Below are positions 34,441 through 46,250 of a stretch of DNA of 64,000 bases, in pieces. How positions within the stretch are numbered: the first letter of the stretch is position 1; each line of letters starts with the position of its first letter. The DNA comes from Vicugna vicugna (taxonomy: Eukaryota): NCBI GenBank assembly GCA_013265495.1, contig MU059903.1, forward strand, positions 62,001 through 126,000. The letters are read 5' to 3'. The translations under genes and the position numbers were made by a program. Below the pieces are notes generated by a model. It did no database searches. It was not told where the DNA came from and worked only from the letters and a program-made list of their open reading frames with translations.

Positions 34441-35597
34441 AGCAGGAACCAGAAAGGTGCTGGGAGAAGGGAGACCCCAGACCACAGCTCTGCCTCCTTC
34501 CCGCCTGTCCAGCCGTCAGTGCCCAGGGGCTGCCATGGACCAGCAATCAGACTGCGGGGCCGGACGTGCGGCTCCAGCCTGAGCAGCAGGAAGGACATCC
34601 CTCTCTGAACACACAGCGGGGCGCGGGGGCTCGCCTGTTTGCCGTGAGAAGTTGGGCGGGTGCAGGATTAGATGTAAAGAGCAGACTGCCCCTCGAGGAC
34701 AGCCAAATCATGCCATCGAGGTGGGATATCAGGTTTCAAATGCAACCGATGCCCACCAAGCAGCGGACACCTCCCCGTCTTAGCAGCAGTGAGGTGCTGA
34801 CCTGTAACACATTCTGCTCCGGGGCACTTCTCAGCACTGACAGCACAATCCAGCCCCCGGGGCCATGCAAGTTCAGAGGGTACTTAACAGCGGGGTATTC
34901 AAAGGGCTCCTGCAGGCAAACCCGAGGAAGGGCTGTGACTGGGTCGGCAGGAAAAGCGCTGGAGGACGGAGTTAAGCGCCGCAGGGCTCCTGACTGCCGG
35001 GAGCAGCGGTGACCAATCAGGGGTGGCGAGGAGGCGGGGCCCGAGGCAGGCGCGGCTCCGCGGGCTGCCGGCAGGAGAAGGACCTGGATCCCGCTGCCCC
35101 GCAGGTGCCCGTCGGGGGCACCACTTTTCAAACACTGCGGAAAACACAGCACCGGCGAACACAGGGCTAGGTTTCCAAAGACACACACAGAGGCAGGGCT
35201 TTAAAGTCTGTGGTCCCCCGACCGCGGCTGGAGATCTCCTTTCTAAAACAGCACCAGCTGTCGATCCTCTTCCCGACGCGCTCTGTGTTTTCCACGCAGG
35301 TTAACCGACTGCCGTGCTTTTCACTGCGTTGTTTCAGACCAGCTGCTTCTCCCGCAGCCCTTCGCCCGGGGCGTGGAGGGTGAAGGTCTGAGGCCACTGT
35401 TTGCTGGAGGCACGCTCGTTCTCCTTCCCCATCGCAGACCGTGGTCTCCGCCTGCACCTTCAGCTCCCCTGCTCCCGGGGTCCGGGTGGGGTTCTTCCAC
35501 TCCACTCCCACGCCCTCCCCACTCAGGGGCCACCAGTCCAGCCTTGTGCGTTCACACCTTGTGTGTTTTCTCACGTGCGTTATCGGACTCCTGTAAC

Positions 35598-36205
35598 TGT
35601 CATCTAATGCAGACTTTGCCTGGTCCTGACCCAGGTACCCGGGAGGTCGCAGCTAAGCCCACAGAGCTTCCTGGGGCAGGAGGGTCTCTGCTGCGTAACG
35701 CGGGCCGCTGGGGAGCCTGCGCTGACGAGGCGCCCGCGGGGCGGCCGCGCGGTATCAGCCTGACCTTTGACCTCTGCGAGGGGAGGGAGGTGAGACTGGG
35801 TTCGTCCACCCCTATGCAGAACCCCAGTAAAAACTCTGGACAAGACCACGTATGTGTAGTGGGTAGGATGGGGGGCGATGTAACTGGCCTCCTCAGGAGG
35901 GGCCTGGACCGCCCAAGCCTGGCCAGCGTCCTCTTCCTTTGACTGGTCCTGATCTGTGTCCCTTATGATAAAACTGTAACTGTAGAAACAACACTTCCCT
36001 GAGTTCTGTGAGTCACTCCGGTGAATTACTGCACCTGAAGAGGCCGCAGGTGGGGGAAGGCCCTGGATTTACAGCCAGCTGTCAGAAGTGCGGCGGCCTG
36101 ACAGCCCCACGCTCGGGCTCGGGTCTGGAGGGTGGGTGGCATGGGGGCGGTGTCTCTGCCTCAACCTGCACGGCCTAATGCTGCCTCTGCGTGGTAAGCG
36201 CCGGG
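35598..36205 (+). mobile_element. MER21C-like ERVL LTR
   Basis: TAAAAACTCTGGACA, TTCCCTGAGTTCTGTGAGTCACTCCGGTGAATTA, ATTTACAGCCAGCTGTCAGAAGTGCGG, CTCAACCTG. Confidence 0.8.
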
Positions 36206-37384
36206 ACGGCGTGCCCTGCACCCAGCTTGTGCCTCAAACCGATGAGTGAGTGGAGGCCAGGAGAGGCCGGACAGTGAGCACAAGGCCCCCGCCAGCTGCG
36301 ATACGGCCGGGAGCTGAGCCCCGTCTGCTGGCCCGAGGCCCTCTCCTCCGGACCGTCCCGTGGGCGCAGAGCACGGCAGGGATGAGAAGCGGGCTTCCCC
36401 GGGAGACACGTCCTGGGGCAGGGGAGATGGGCACCTGCTGGTCTTCGGGGGTCTCTGAGGCTGCGTGTGTGGGAGCGCAGAGGCCAGAGTCAGTGGGGTT
36501 CCCACCTCGTCCCCAGCTCGCAAAAACGGGATCCTGGTGGGCACTGGAGTGTTCGAGAGAAGGAAACCTGCAGCCAGCTGGCCGAGCGTCCTCCCCCGCG
36601 CAGGAGGGCTTCGCTGCGACCACACAAGGCAGGTTTTTGGTTCCTCCCCTCCTGCTCCTGCAGGTGGGTGTCCTGAGCTGCTCGGTAGCCACGTTGGGTG
36701 TTTGCATCGTGCTGGGCTGGACGCGAGGACTTGCTGAATCTCTTCATTTCCTGTTAGCAGAGGCAGGCGCCCAGCGCGCACTTGAACCCCAGGACCGTCC
36801 AGAAACGTTGCCGCGGCTGGGTCTGCCCCTGTTGGACTGTCTGTCGCAGCCCCGGGGAGCCTGGTATCAAGTCACTCTGAGTCTCATCCAGGCGCGATGT
36901 ATGGCTCGGCTGAAAGGCTGGCGCAGGAAGGAGACCCTCATGGGCGTGATCACAGCCATTACCGGAGCCAACAGGGCAGCCAAACCGCACTTCCCACCAT
37001 CAGCGGCAGGCAGGCAGCTCTCTGAAAGGGGCTGTCAGACACCGCCTGGCCCTCCAAGTCCATCCTCACGGCGAGGAGCCTGAGCTGGCCGTCCCCGCAG
37101 GGGAAGCAAAGCCGCCTGGTGTTTCAGTGGACCCGAGGATGCAGGGGTCGGAAAGCCACCCCGTCTCTGCTCGCAGCCCTGGCCAGGCAGGCGCCTGCGG
37201 GAAGGGGACACTGCCTCCCACCCAGCTCAGGCCTCCAGGGCCTCGGGTCACCACCTGGTCCTTCCATGGGGGCCGCAGCCCTCGACTTGCTGCCTAGAAC
37301 CCACCAAAAAGGCCCCAGGAAGTTCATGATGTGGATGAAGAGGCACCCCTCAGGTGCAGAGGCAGACCGGGCAGAGGCCAGCGT

Positions 37385-37600
37385 TTTCTGAAGCTGAAGG
37401 ACATTCGGTTTGCAACGTCACGTCAGTTTCTGGCATACTGCACAGCGATTCAGTTCTCCGTGTGTACATATATTCTTTCTCAGGTTCTTTTTCATTAAAG
37501 GCTCTCAGAGGCATTAGATGCAGTTCCCTGTGCCGTGCAGGAGGGCCCCGCCGCGCACCTGTTTGATACTCAGTAGTTTGTATCTGCAAGTCCTGAGCCA
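37385..37600 (-). mobile_element. L1 3' tip
   Basis: CAGTTTCTGGCATACTGCACAGCGATTCAGTT, GTTCCCTGTGCCGTGCAGGAGG, GTAGTTTGTATCTGCAA. Confidence 0.85.
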
Positions 37601-39799
37601 GCTTCTGCCCTACTGTTTTCACCTGAAAACCAGGAACACTGGCTCCTGAACTGGGACTTGAGGCACATTCGCCCCAAACGCACGGCGTGGAGCCGCCTCT
37701 CCGAGCAAGGCTGCAGATGGAGATGGACTCGGAAGACAGGCTCCCTGGTCGGCTGCTGGCCGGACACTGTCCTACAGGCCACTGTCCAGGGAGGCTGAAC
37801 GATTCTGAGCACCAGGCCGACACGGTGGTCAGAAATGGTGTGTTTTGGAACAGCGCATCCGTGAAGAGTGGAGTTAAAACCAAGCTCTCGTGGTGGCTCT
37901 GCATTTAACCAAGTAAAGAAACCCTGCAGTGAGGGTGTCCAGCCACCGGGACGGCTCCACCGGGTGACGAACAGGATGGAGGAGGGCGGCGGAGGAGGCC
38001 CGAGTCGCCAGGGTGGGGTGTCAGGGGATGCCACTGTGTGTATTGTATCTGCCCGCCCAGCAACTGTCCTTGACCCCAGACTGAATTCCACACATGCCAT
38101 TGTCTCTCCTTTTTTCATTCTTTTTCTTGCAGGACGAGCTGCCTGTCTGCAGACGTTTACACTTGGCTGTTGACCCACTGAGTAAGCAGTAGGGTTTCCA
38201 GCAGCTTCCGGACTGAAGCTGACGGGCTGATGTGGCTCAGGCCTGCGTCCCGGGGTCAACTGCGGGTTTTCAGTGCTCCTGGCGGGCAGTAGCAGGTCCA
38301 GAGCTCTCGAACCATCCAGCTGATGGGAAGCGAGCCCAGTCAGGCCCTGGCAGTCAGCAGCCCGGTGCGAGCCTCGCATCACGCGCTCAGTAGGGATTTG
38401 TCCAGCCCTCTCCCACAGTGGGAGCTGGCTCCCTCCCGTCCTAAGCTGCCCAGCTTTCAGGTTTAAATTGAGCAAACTTATCTAAGGAAACCACCCTTTT
38501 ATATGCCTGTTTAGCTTTTGCAATGCATTTTTTAATGTCATTTACAGTTTAGGCTTAAGAAAGACACATTTTAACATTTTAGAATTGGTTTCCTGAAGGA
38601 AGCCCGGAGTTCCCGCCCTCAGCGCACGGCATCCCCCAGGCGCCTGTGTCCGCCTGGGACCCTGCTCTCCGTCCTCCCGCTGAGGTTCCAAGAAGCACGG
38701 GGATATGCCAGGAGCCTCCCAGCGGGCAAGTGTCAGCGCCCCCACTGCACCCTCAGGAGTGGCTCTGAAGCCGGGACTCTGAGTCACCAGGGTCACCGCT
38801 CTCCAGCCGGATAATTTCTTTCTCTGCCAGAACGTGTGGTAGAAGCCATCTGGGGCTGTTCTGACCCAACAGGAAAGGACCTCTTCTTTTGTGGAGCCCT
38901 GGGGCCTCAAAGAGAAGGAACTTCCCTGTGAGAACCCCCACCGAGCCCCGCGCTGCCATGCCTTCTGCTTTCCCAGCACCCCCCTCCACCCGGCGTGTTC
39001 TGGGAAGCCCTTCCCAGCTCCTCTGCCTCCCTGGGCTGCCCACCTGCTCACCCCTCGCCATGCCCTCCCCGCCCCACCGCTGGGCTCCCGGCCCTCAGGC
39101 ACAAAACGAGCCAAATAATCAGGCTGATTTACAGAGTGATTTCTACAAAACGAATGGCAGCTTTGACGAAACGCCAGAGGAAATCCTCCCAAACCTCGCG
39201 GCCATCACAAGAACGGATTAGTCCGTGTCCAGGGCTGAGTCTAAATGGGCATTTCAGGCTGTGAACAAACTGCAGAAGGACCCGGGCACAGAACCGCAGT
39301 CTCCTCCCACTGCCGTCGGAACCTCCACTGAGCGTGTCCTACAAGCTCAGAGCCATGTGGGTCTCCCTGGTGACAGGAGTGACAGGTGTCCACCCCCCAG
39401 TGACGACACACATGCCCACACCTGTCACTCGAACCTCAGGCTGCCTGTATCAACCACAGCAAGTGATGCCACCCAGACTCCAGGGGTGACAAGGAGACGG
39501 GTCTTGTCCCAGACTCAGGAAGGTCTCTGGCGACTGCATGTCCGTCCTGCTCCATCTGGCTGCCTCCTTTATTTTTAGGTCCTTATTACATAGAAAAAAA
39601 ATAAGAATTTGTATTTAAGAGTATGACATTGTATCTATTTTCTGTTAGATCTAAGCTCTGTAAGGTTCTCTGGTTAAACCTTTAAAAAAAAATAGAAGCT
39701 TCCAAAATGCCTCTTGACTGAAAGAATAAACAGCAAACTTGTAGCTAGGAAAATTAACTGGAAAATCAGAAATAGTTCAGAACTGCAACCGGCCAAACA

Positions 39800-41880
39800 C
39801 AGAGGAGAGGCTGAATCTCAGCTGGAGCCGGGGGAGCACTCAGCCTGGCCTGTCAGCAAAGAGTGGAGACGGACAGTCCCAGGCGTTCACGGAGGCTTCT
39901 GTCTAATGACTAGCTCATCGCCGAGCTCCCTGGGCCGAGACTTCGGTGGTCACACGTGACAGAAAACACAGACTTGACAGAATTAGTTCTGGGAATTCAC
40001 TAAGCAAATGGCAACATCAGCAAACGCTGAGGGGAGAGAACCTGATCCCCAGAGTGGACGTGCTGTGTTACACAAAATGTCCGGTTTCCAGCAAAAGTCA
40101 CGAGATGTGCAAAGGAGCGGGGCCTTCTAGACACCGGCTTTAACCAGCTGTTTAAACCATGTTCAACTAACTAATAAAAATATGAGAACAATGTCTCAGC
40201 AAATAGAAAATACCACAGTGGGAGAGAAATTATTAAAAAAAAAAAGAACCAAATAGAAATTCTGGAGATGAAAAGTTCAGTAACTGAAATGTAAACTTTA
40301 GAAGGGCTTTGACAGTGGATGTGAGCAGGCAAAGGAAAGCGTCAGTGAACTCACACAGGTACCCACGGAGGTCATCCAGCCTGAGACACAGAGAAGAATG
40401 AATGCAGAAGAAGAAAGCGAGCCTCAGAGCCCACCAGGCCTCGCCGAGCACACCGGCAGCAGGCAGCGCACGTCTCAGGTGGGAGGAGAAGTGGAAAGGG
40501 GTGGAAGAACGTCTGAAGAAATCACGGCAAAACCTTCCCAAACAGGACGAAGATGCTAATACACGCAAGGGGCTCATCAAACCCCAAGCCAGATAAACGC
40601 AGAGAAATTCACACCCCATAACACACTGCAGGAAGACAGAACCGTGACGGCGGGAAGGGCGCAGTGACTCACCCCATCAAGGACCCTTCATACGGGTAAC
40701 AGGTTTCTTCATCAGAAACCAGGGAGCCAGAAGGCGGAGGGAGGGCGCTTTCAAACTGCTGCCGGAAAAAACTGGCAACCAGGATGTCTATGCCCAGCAA
40801 AACTATCCCTCAGAAGTGAAGGAGAGATTTACACGCTCCCAGACAAACAAACAGAGTTTGCTGCTAGCAGACCTGCCCTGCAAGAAACACTGGAGTCCTT
40901 CGGATAGATGCAGGCACGTGAGACGGCAGCCGAAATCCACAAAGACATGAGGACCGCGGTCCAGGTAACCACACGGATAAATACAAAAGACTGTAAGTGC
41001 GTTTCCATTCTTTTTTTCCTGTCTGATTTAAAAGAAAATGGCATGCAGTAGTAATTACATGCCTGTGGTGATGGCTGCACAGTCTGCACAGACGCAATTT
41101 GTAGGGCAGGAACAGCAGGAAGGAGGGGGCGGGGACAGCTACCCAGGAGCACAACTGGAGCTCAGTTTGCATGAATCCAGCCACACGGCTTTAAAATATC
41201 AATGGCAGCCTTCAGGTCAACCACTAAGAGGTTAAGTTAAAAATACAGTAAAAGAAGCGAAGGGATTAAAACGGCACACTAGCAACTGTACATTTAATGC
41301 AGAAGAAAGCAGAAATGGCAGGACAGAGGAATAACAACACACAGCGTGTCGACGAAAGCCACGAACAGAGCGGCAAACGTACGTCTCTCCTTACCAGTGA
41401 TTACATAAAGCACGACTGGAGTAACCGCTCCAGTCAAAAGGCAGAGACGGGCAGAGTGAACAAAACAACGCGGTCCAGCTACGTGTCGTCTGTGACAGAC
41501 GAACCCTCTATAACCAGAGACACAAATAAGCTGAAAGAAAAGGGTGGAAAAAGACATACCAAGGAGACGGTGGAGAACGTTGGGTGGCCACACTGGCATC
41601 AGAGTAGATCTCAAGGTAACATCGCCACTAGACGCACAGCAGGACATCTTATAACGATAAGGGCATCGCTCTCCCAAGATGATACAAGAACTACAAGCAA
41701 CGGGTGCCAAGAACAGCACAAAATACGGGAAGCGACAAGCGACAGAACTGAAGGGGGGAAGTTAACGTAACAGCGACAGCTGGACTTCCAACACCCCACT
41801 TCCAGTAGTGGCTCAGATAGCCAGGTAACAGATTGATGAAGAGCTCAAAGAGCTGAGCAACACTACAGACCAACCCGTGG
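39800..41880 (+). mobile_element. Ancient L1 (L1M4/L1MB-MC type) 5' half: 5' region, ORF1, inter-ORF spacer and ORF2 endonuclease, all degenerate
   Basis: AAGAACCAAATAGAAATTCTGGAGATGAAAAGTTCAGTAACTGAAAT and TCTTCATCAGAAACC...CCAGCAAAACTATCC (ORF1). CTCCAGTCAAAAGGCAGAGA, DTNKLKEKG and GGACTTCCAACACCCCACTT (endonuclease region). Confidence 0.85.
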
Positions 41881-41884
41881 CTTC

Positions 41885-42330
41885 TCAACGTCTGCAGTGA
41901 CTGCATCTGCTCTCCTGAAGACCCTAACCCTGCAAGAGAGTCTGTCTGCATCTTTGCCCGGAGGTAGTAACGACAGTGTGGACTGCATCTACCCCACTGC
42001 GGAGTCAAACTCCTTCGGCTGATTCATGCCGTTATTGTTACCACGTACGGTATCACAGGGTTATTCTTCCAGATGTGACGCTGTCTTTACTGAATCTGTT
42101 CTGATGTGAACTCTAGCACGTTTAACTTCCGTCTGAGTTACAAGGTGTCCGCAAGAGTTTATGTTGCTTTTGTTTGGCCAGCCCTCACTGGGGCTGGATG
42201 GTAACTGCGCTCACGGTGGTAGTGCAAGAAGCTGCCTTTGTGGACTGCAGTGCTGGGGGATACTTGCACACACACTCGCACAAGCAGCAATGCGTGCCGG
42301 CGTCTTACTTCCGCGCCTTGCCTGATGATG
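41885..42330 (-). mobile_element. Possible second very degenerate L1 (ORF1-like) fragment in opposite orientation
   Basis: Weak by-eye resemblance of the minus strand to the L1 ORF1 3' region; the composition switch coincides with the end of the plus-strand L1. Confidence 0.3.
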
Positions 42331-42539
42331 GGGATTACACCTCGCTGACTGCTCCTCCTGGCGGAAGTTTTACCCCTGATCTCCCACTCTCGGATAGAAG
42401 GACTTGCGCAGGGGCTGCCCCTGAGGTCCTGGTTAACAGCAGGACGGCGCTGCCTCCCTCCAGGCGTCAGGGAGGGCTTCCTGACGCAGGGCCCATGTGC
42501 TTGGCTCACCAGCGGCAGGAACGGCTGTGCTGCACCATC

Positions 42540-42680
42540 TGTTAAGGCTGGATGCCTGTGTGCCCCTGAAATCCTCATGGTGAAGCTCTCACTGGCACTG
42601 TGCTGGCATCTGGAGCCTTTGGGGGGTGACGAGGCTTAGATGAGGTCGTGAGGGTGGAGCCGAGACCTCCCCAACCGGCC
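42540..42680 (+). mobile_element. MLT1A/B or MST LTR 5' fragment
   Basis: GTGTGCCCCTGAAATCCTCATGGTGAAGC...GGAGCCTTTGGGGGGTGACGAGGCTTAGATGAGGTCGTGAGGGTGGAGCC. Confidence 0.7.
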
Positions 42681-43338
42681 GGGGCCCTCCGTCCATTCTC
42701 CCCGAGGCGCCTACTCTTCCTGGAGGTTCTGAGGCTCAGCGCCTGCCGCTGCTTCTGCTTTTCTGCCTTGCCTCCCACAGCCCCGTCACTGCCCCCCCTT
42801 CCCAGGGTGCTGAGGGCCCCAGAGCTCTGGTCCTAACACTTCCAACCACGTCCACGGTGTTGGTTCCTACTCCGTTTTCAAACCCCCACTCACTTCTGTG
42901 CTTCAACTTGGATGAACAGCTGCCTGCAGACATGGCTGACCTCTTCCTGCCCCGCTCGAGTCTTCTCCTGCAGACGCTGCTCTCCAGCCCTTGGACTGGA
43001 GAGGACCTGATCCTCCACCCAGTCAGAACTGAGCCAGCCTTGGTTCTTCCCTCTCCTCACTCTAACATGTCCAGCCGATCAACTATCTGTGAATCTGGGC
43101 CCATAAATAGCTTTCTGATCCAGAGAAGGGCCACAGTCTCCCTAAAATTGTAAGTCCTCTAATTGTATGCTATGGTGTTGTGGGTTTTGAGAGTGTGTGC
43201 CTGTGTGTGCACACAAAGGTTTCCTGAAGAGAAGTTTTAGGGCAGCTTTTTGTAGATGAGACAGATTACCAGAGGATTTATAAGCATGCTGTAACATTTG
43301 GGCCGTGTCTCATTGAGTTAGCCTTGTTCGTACAGAAG

Positions 43339-43388
43339 CAATTATCATTTTTCACCAATTATCATCTTCCACCAATTATCATTTCCTC
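43339..43388. repeat. 17-bp tandem repeat x3 with invariant core CAATTATCAT
   Basis: Cores at 43339, 43356 and 43373. Confidence 0.9.
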
Positions 43389-43959
43389 TGATTTTGCGGG
43401 TGCATTTCCCTTGGCTGGAAATCCTTTTTGGATGCTCATCCATCTTGGTCGGTTCTTCCTCCTTGTCATGTGTTCTCTGGGCCCCTCCCCCAGGTCCTCT
43501 TTCAGACGTAACTGCCACCTTCTCAGGGCAGGAGCACCAGACGCTGTCCGTCTGGAAAGGTCACAGCTGCAGAGAGAGGAGTTGCAGCATTTCTACAGCT
43601 GCAAAAAAATACAAGTAAGCCCACTGACCAGCCTGAAAAATACACGCCTAATCCATGCAGAGTTGCCAGAAAAGGGGAAAAGCACATGGATCCAAAGCAG
43701 AAACAGGCACGAGGGTGACAAGAATGGAGGGTTTGGGGTGACAATTCTGAGCTGGTTTCCGAGGGTGCCCTCCCAGTTTCTTAGAGAAAACCTGGCCTTC
43801 GTGGGAGCTCTGGCTGATCTCTGACCTGCTGGTCTGGTTCCGTCCAGCCCTGAGCAAGCGAGAGGGTGGGTGTGGCCGGGGCAGACCGCGATGCGCCGTG
43901 GGGCGCCTGCCTCCTCTGGCTCAGGACCGGGTGGGAGGACCGCTGCGACGGTGCTTCGT

Positions 43960-44636
43960 CCTGCTGGTGCCCTTACCCTCTGCGTGGGACTTCGCCTGTT
44001 ACTCCCCGGAAGTGGCGTGAACCTCCCTGCCTTGTGCTCACGGTTCCAGCGCCGATGGGCTTTGGTCAGAGGTTGAGAGCAGGTGGGAGGCAGGCAGGAC
44101 TCAAAATGCACCTGGGTGGTGTAACTTCCCGCTTCTCTACCACTGCTCAAGGAGAGAGTGCCCTGAAAGCCCAAGAGACACGAGGACAGACGTGGCCCCA
44201 ACTGTGGCCAGGAGCCCAGCCCAGCTGAGCCCAGCCCAGGGTAGCCTGTCCCCACCCAGCCTTCATACACACAAGAGGGGCAGGAGGCAGGCCACAAACT
44301 CAGACAGGACTCAACGCTGTGGTCTAGATGCAGGATTCCTCTTCTCTGAGAAATCTTTGCTCTGACAGCCTTCAAATGACCACATGAGGCCCACCATGTT
44401 ATCAAGCGTCATCTCCTTTATTCACGGTCAACTGATTGTACATGTTAGCTGTACCTGCAAACATTTTCACAGTAGCATCCAGATCTGTGTTTGGTTAAAT
44501 AACTGGGTCCTAGGGCCTAGCCAAGGTGATATGCAAACTTAACCATCACTGTGAGTGTAAATGGCTGTGGCTATGAGCCACTGAGGTTTGGGATGTTTGT
44601 TACTCAGCATTGCAGGACCAACAGCTGACTGACACA
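43960..44636 (+). mobile_element. MLT1I/J-like LTR interrupted by an MLT2 LTR
   Basis: CCCAGCTGAGCCCAGCCCAG on the left; GAGCCACTGAGGTTTGGGATGTTTGTTACTCAGCATTG...AGCTGACTGACACA on the right (44551-44636). Confidence 0.65.
44275..44550 (-). mobile_element. MLT2D-like ERVL LTR, 5' part
   Basis: GCCTTCAAATGACCACATGAGGCCCACC...GGCCTAGCCAAGGTGATATGCAAACTTAACCATCAC matches the reverse complement of the MLT2 start. Confidence 0.85.
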
Positions 44637-44789
44637 GAAGATATAAACAAATTGGAACTGAAGGCTGTAGGATGGTGTCATTGCCACATGACATGCTAGT
44701 GCTGGAATCTGACATCTGGTCGGTGCCTTTTGGGGCCCTGACCTGCTCTCAGCACAGTCACTAAGTCACACTGTGAAGCGGAGCTGAGG

Positions 44790-45520
44790 GCACGGATTAG
44801 TCATTTACCAGCACGGGTGATAAACAACCCTTCGTCACAATTATCAGGTTAAAACACCATTAACAATTAATGACATACATCACAGAACTTATTGAACCCA
44901 TTAAAGACTAATTTCCTGGCTATAAAAATATGGCATTAAGAATTTATGGATCATTACCTTTTATTCTGGAATGAAATATGGCTGACTGAAACTCTTAGAA
45001 ACTGCTGAAAACAATTACTCATTAAAGCCACATGAAATTAAATGATACGGCTTAGAAAAAAGAAAGAAAAGAATCCAAGCCAAGTTTGAAAATGTTTTTT
45101 TTTTTTTTGAGGAGGAGCACTAACTTTGTGTGGCACTAAATGGATAAAGATTATATTTTCAAACGAGATTAAGATCTACAATTAAAGAACTCAAACAAAG
45201 TAATTTTAATGTGCAATAAAATCTTCTTTTTGGAAAAATGTATTAGATCATGACTGATAAAAATTCTGATCATGATTAATCACTGCCAGGTATTTTGGAA
45301 CACTATTAAGGAGACTATAATAATGTTAAAATTAATTAACTAATTCCTCTAAAGGGCTTTAAAATACAATATGATGTAACAGCTGTTGCAGCTTTAAAAA
45401 TCATTATTTCTTTTCCGCCTGGCAACCGGAATTTGTCAGTCAGAAATCAACCTAATTTCATTGCAATTTCCAATTTATTACTCTGTAATGAGACCAACTT
45501 AACACTGATGAGTCCCTTGC
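44790..45520. promoter_or_regulatory. AT-rich, repeat-free, homeodomain-motif-dense island (candidate conserved enhancer)
   Basis: About 30% GC (19/60 in 44881-44940). Palindrome TGATTAATCA 45273-45282, TTAATTAA 45332-45339, TTTATGG 44943-44949, CAATTATCA 44838-44846. Confidence 0.5.
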
Positions 45521-45737
45521 TTTCTAGGAGCCCATGTGCACATGTGCAAATTCCACAGCCTGGGACACAAGGCACATGCCTGCTTCGGGCTCACATGCGG
45601 CCCCGGGGGCTGGTCAGAGGACCGGGAACACGGCAGCGAGCCTCCATGGTGTTCAGACTCTGGTTCTAGAGAGTGGCCAGCCAAAGCCGGTCCAGATTCC
45701 GGTCAGAGAAGTACTGAGCTGAGGGTCAATTTATAAA

Positions 45738-46085
45738 GATTCTTTTTCATAATCTTTTATCATTATAGGTTATTACAAGATATTGAATATAGTTCCCTGT
45801 GCTGTACAGCAGGACCTTGTTTATCTATTTTATGCATAGTAGTGTGTATCTGGTGATTCCCAAACTCCTAATTTATCCCTCCCCTCCCCTTTCCCCTGGT
45901 AACCATAAGTTTGTTTTCTGTCTGTGAGTCTATTTCTGTTTTGTAAATAAGTTATTTTGTGCCATTTGGCTTAGATTCCACACATAAGTGATGTCATATG
46001 GTATCTGTCTCTGACTTACCTCATTCAATATGGTAATCTCTAGGTCCATCCATGCTGCTGCAAAGGGCGTTACTTCATTCTTTTA
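45738..46085 (-). mobile_element. Cetartiodactyl-type L1 3' end
   Basis: TATAGGTTATTACAAGATATTGAATATAGTTCCCTGTGCTGTACAGCAGG...TAGATTCCACACATAAGTGATGTCATATGGTA. Confidence 0.92.
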
Positions 46086-46154
46086 ATTTTTATATCAATG
46101 AAACACAGAACTGTAAAGCGTTAAGAGAGAGAAAAGATCAAGTCCAAACATTTT

Positions 46155-46250
46155 GATTTATAAAGAAACTGAGGCTCAGAGATTGTTAAGCGACCTGCCC
46201 AGGGTTACACAGCCATCGATGGCAGAGCAGAATGAAAACCCGCGTCTCGT
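46155..46250 (-). mobile_element. MIR SINE
   Basis: GAAACTGAGGCTCAGAGATTGTTAAGCGACCTGCCCAGGGTTACACAGC. Confidence 0.85.

Noticed and set aside
36250-37083. 277-aa plus-strand ORF
   Set aside because: GTG start, low-complexity composition, several overlapping ORFs on both strands, no homology recognised
37570-38475. Longest ORF (301 aa, minus strand)
   Set aside because: TTG start, ends inside an L1 tip, no domain; long stop-free frames are expected at this GC content
42870-43070. Possible L2 fragment
   Set aside because: Resemblance too weak to support by eye
43593-44405. 270-aa minus-strand ORF
   Set aside because: Begins in MLT2 and crosses MLT1 sequence; LTRs are non-coding
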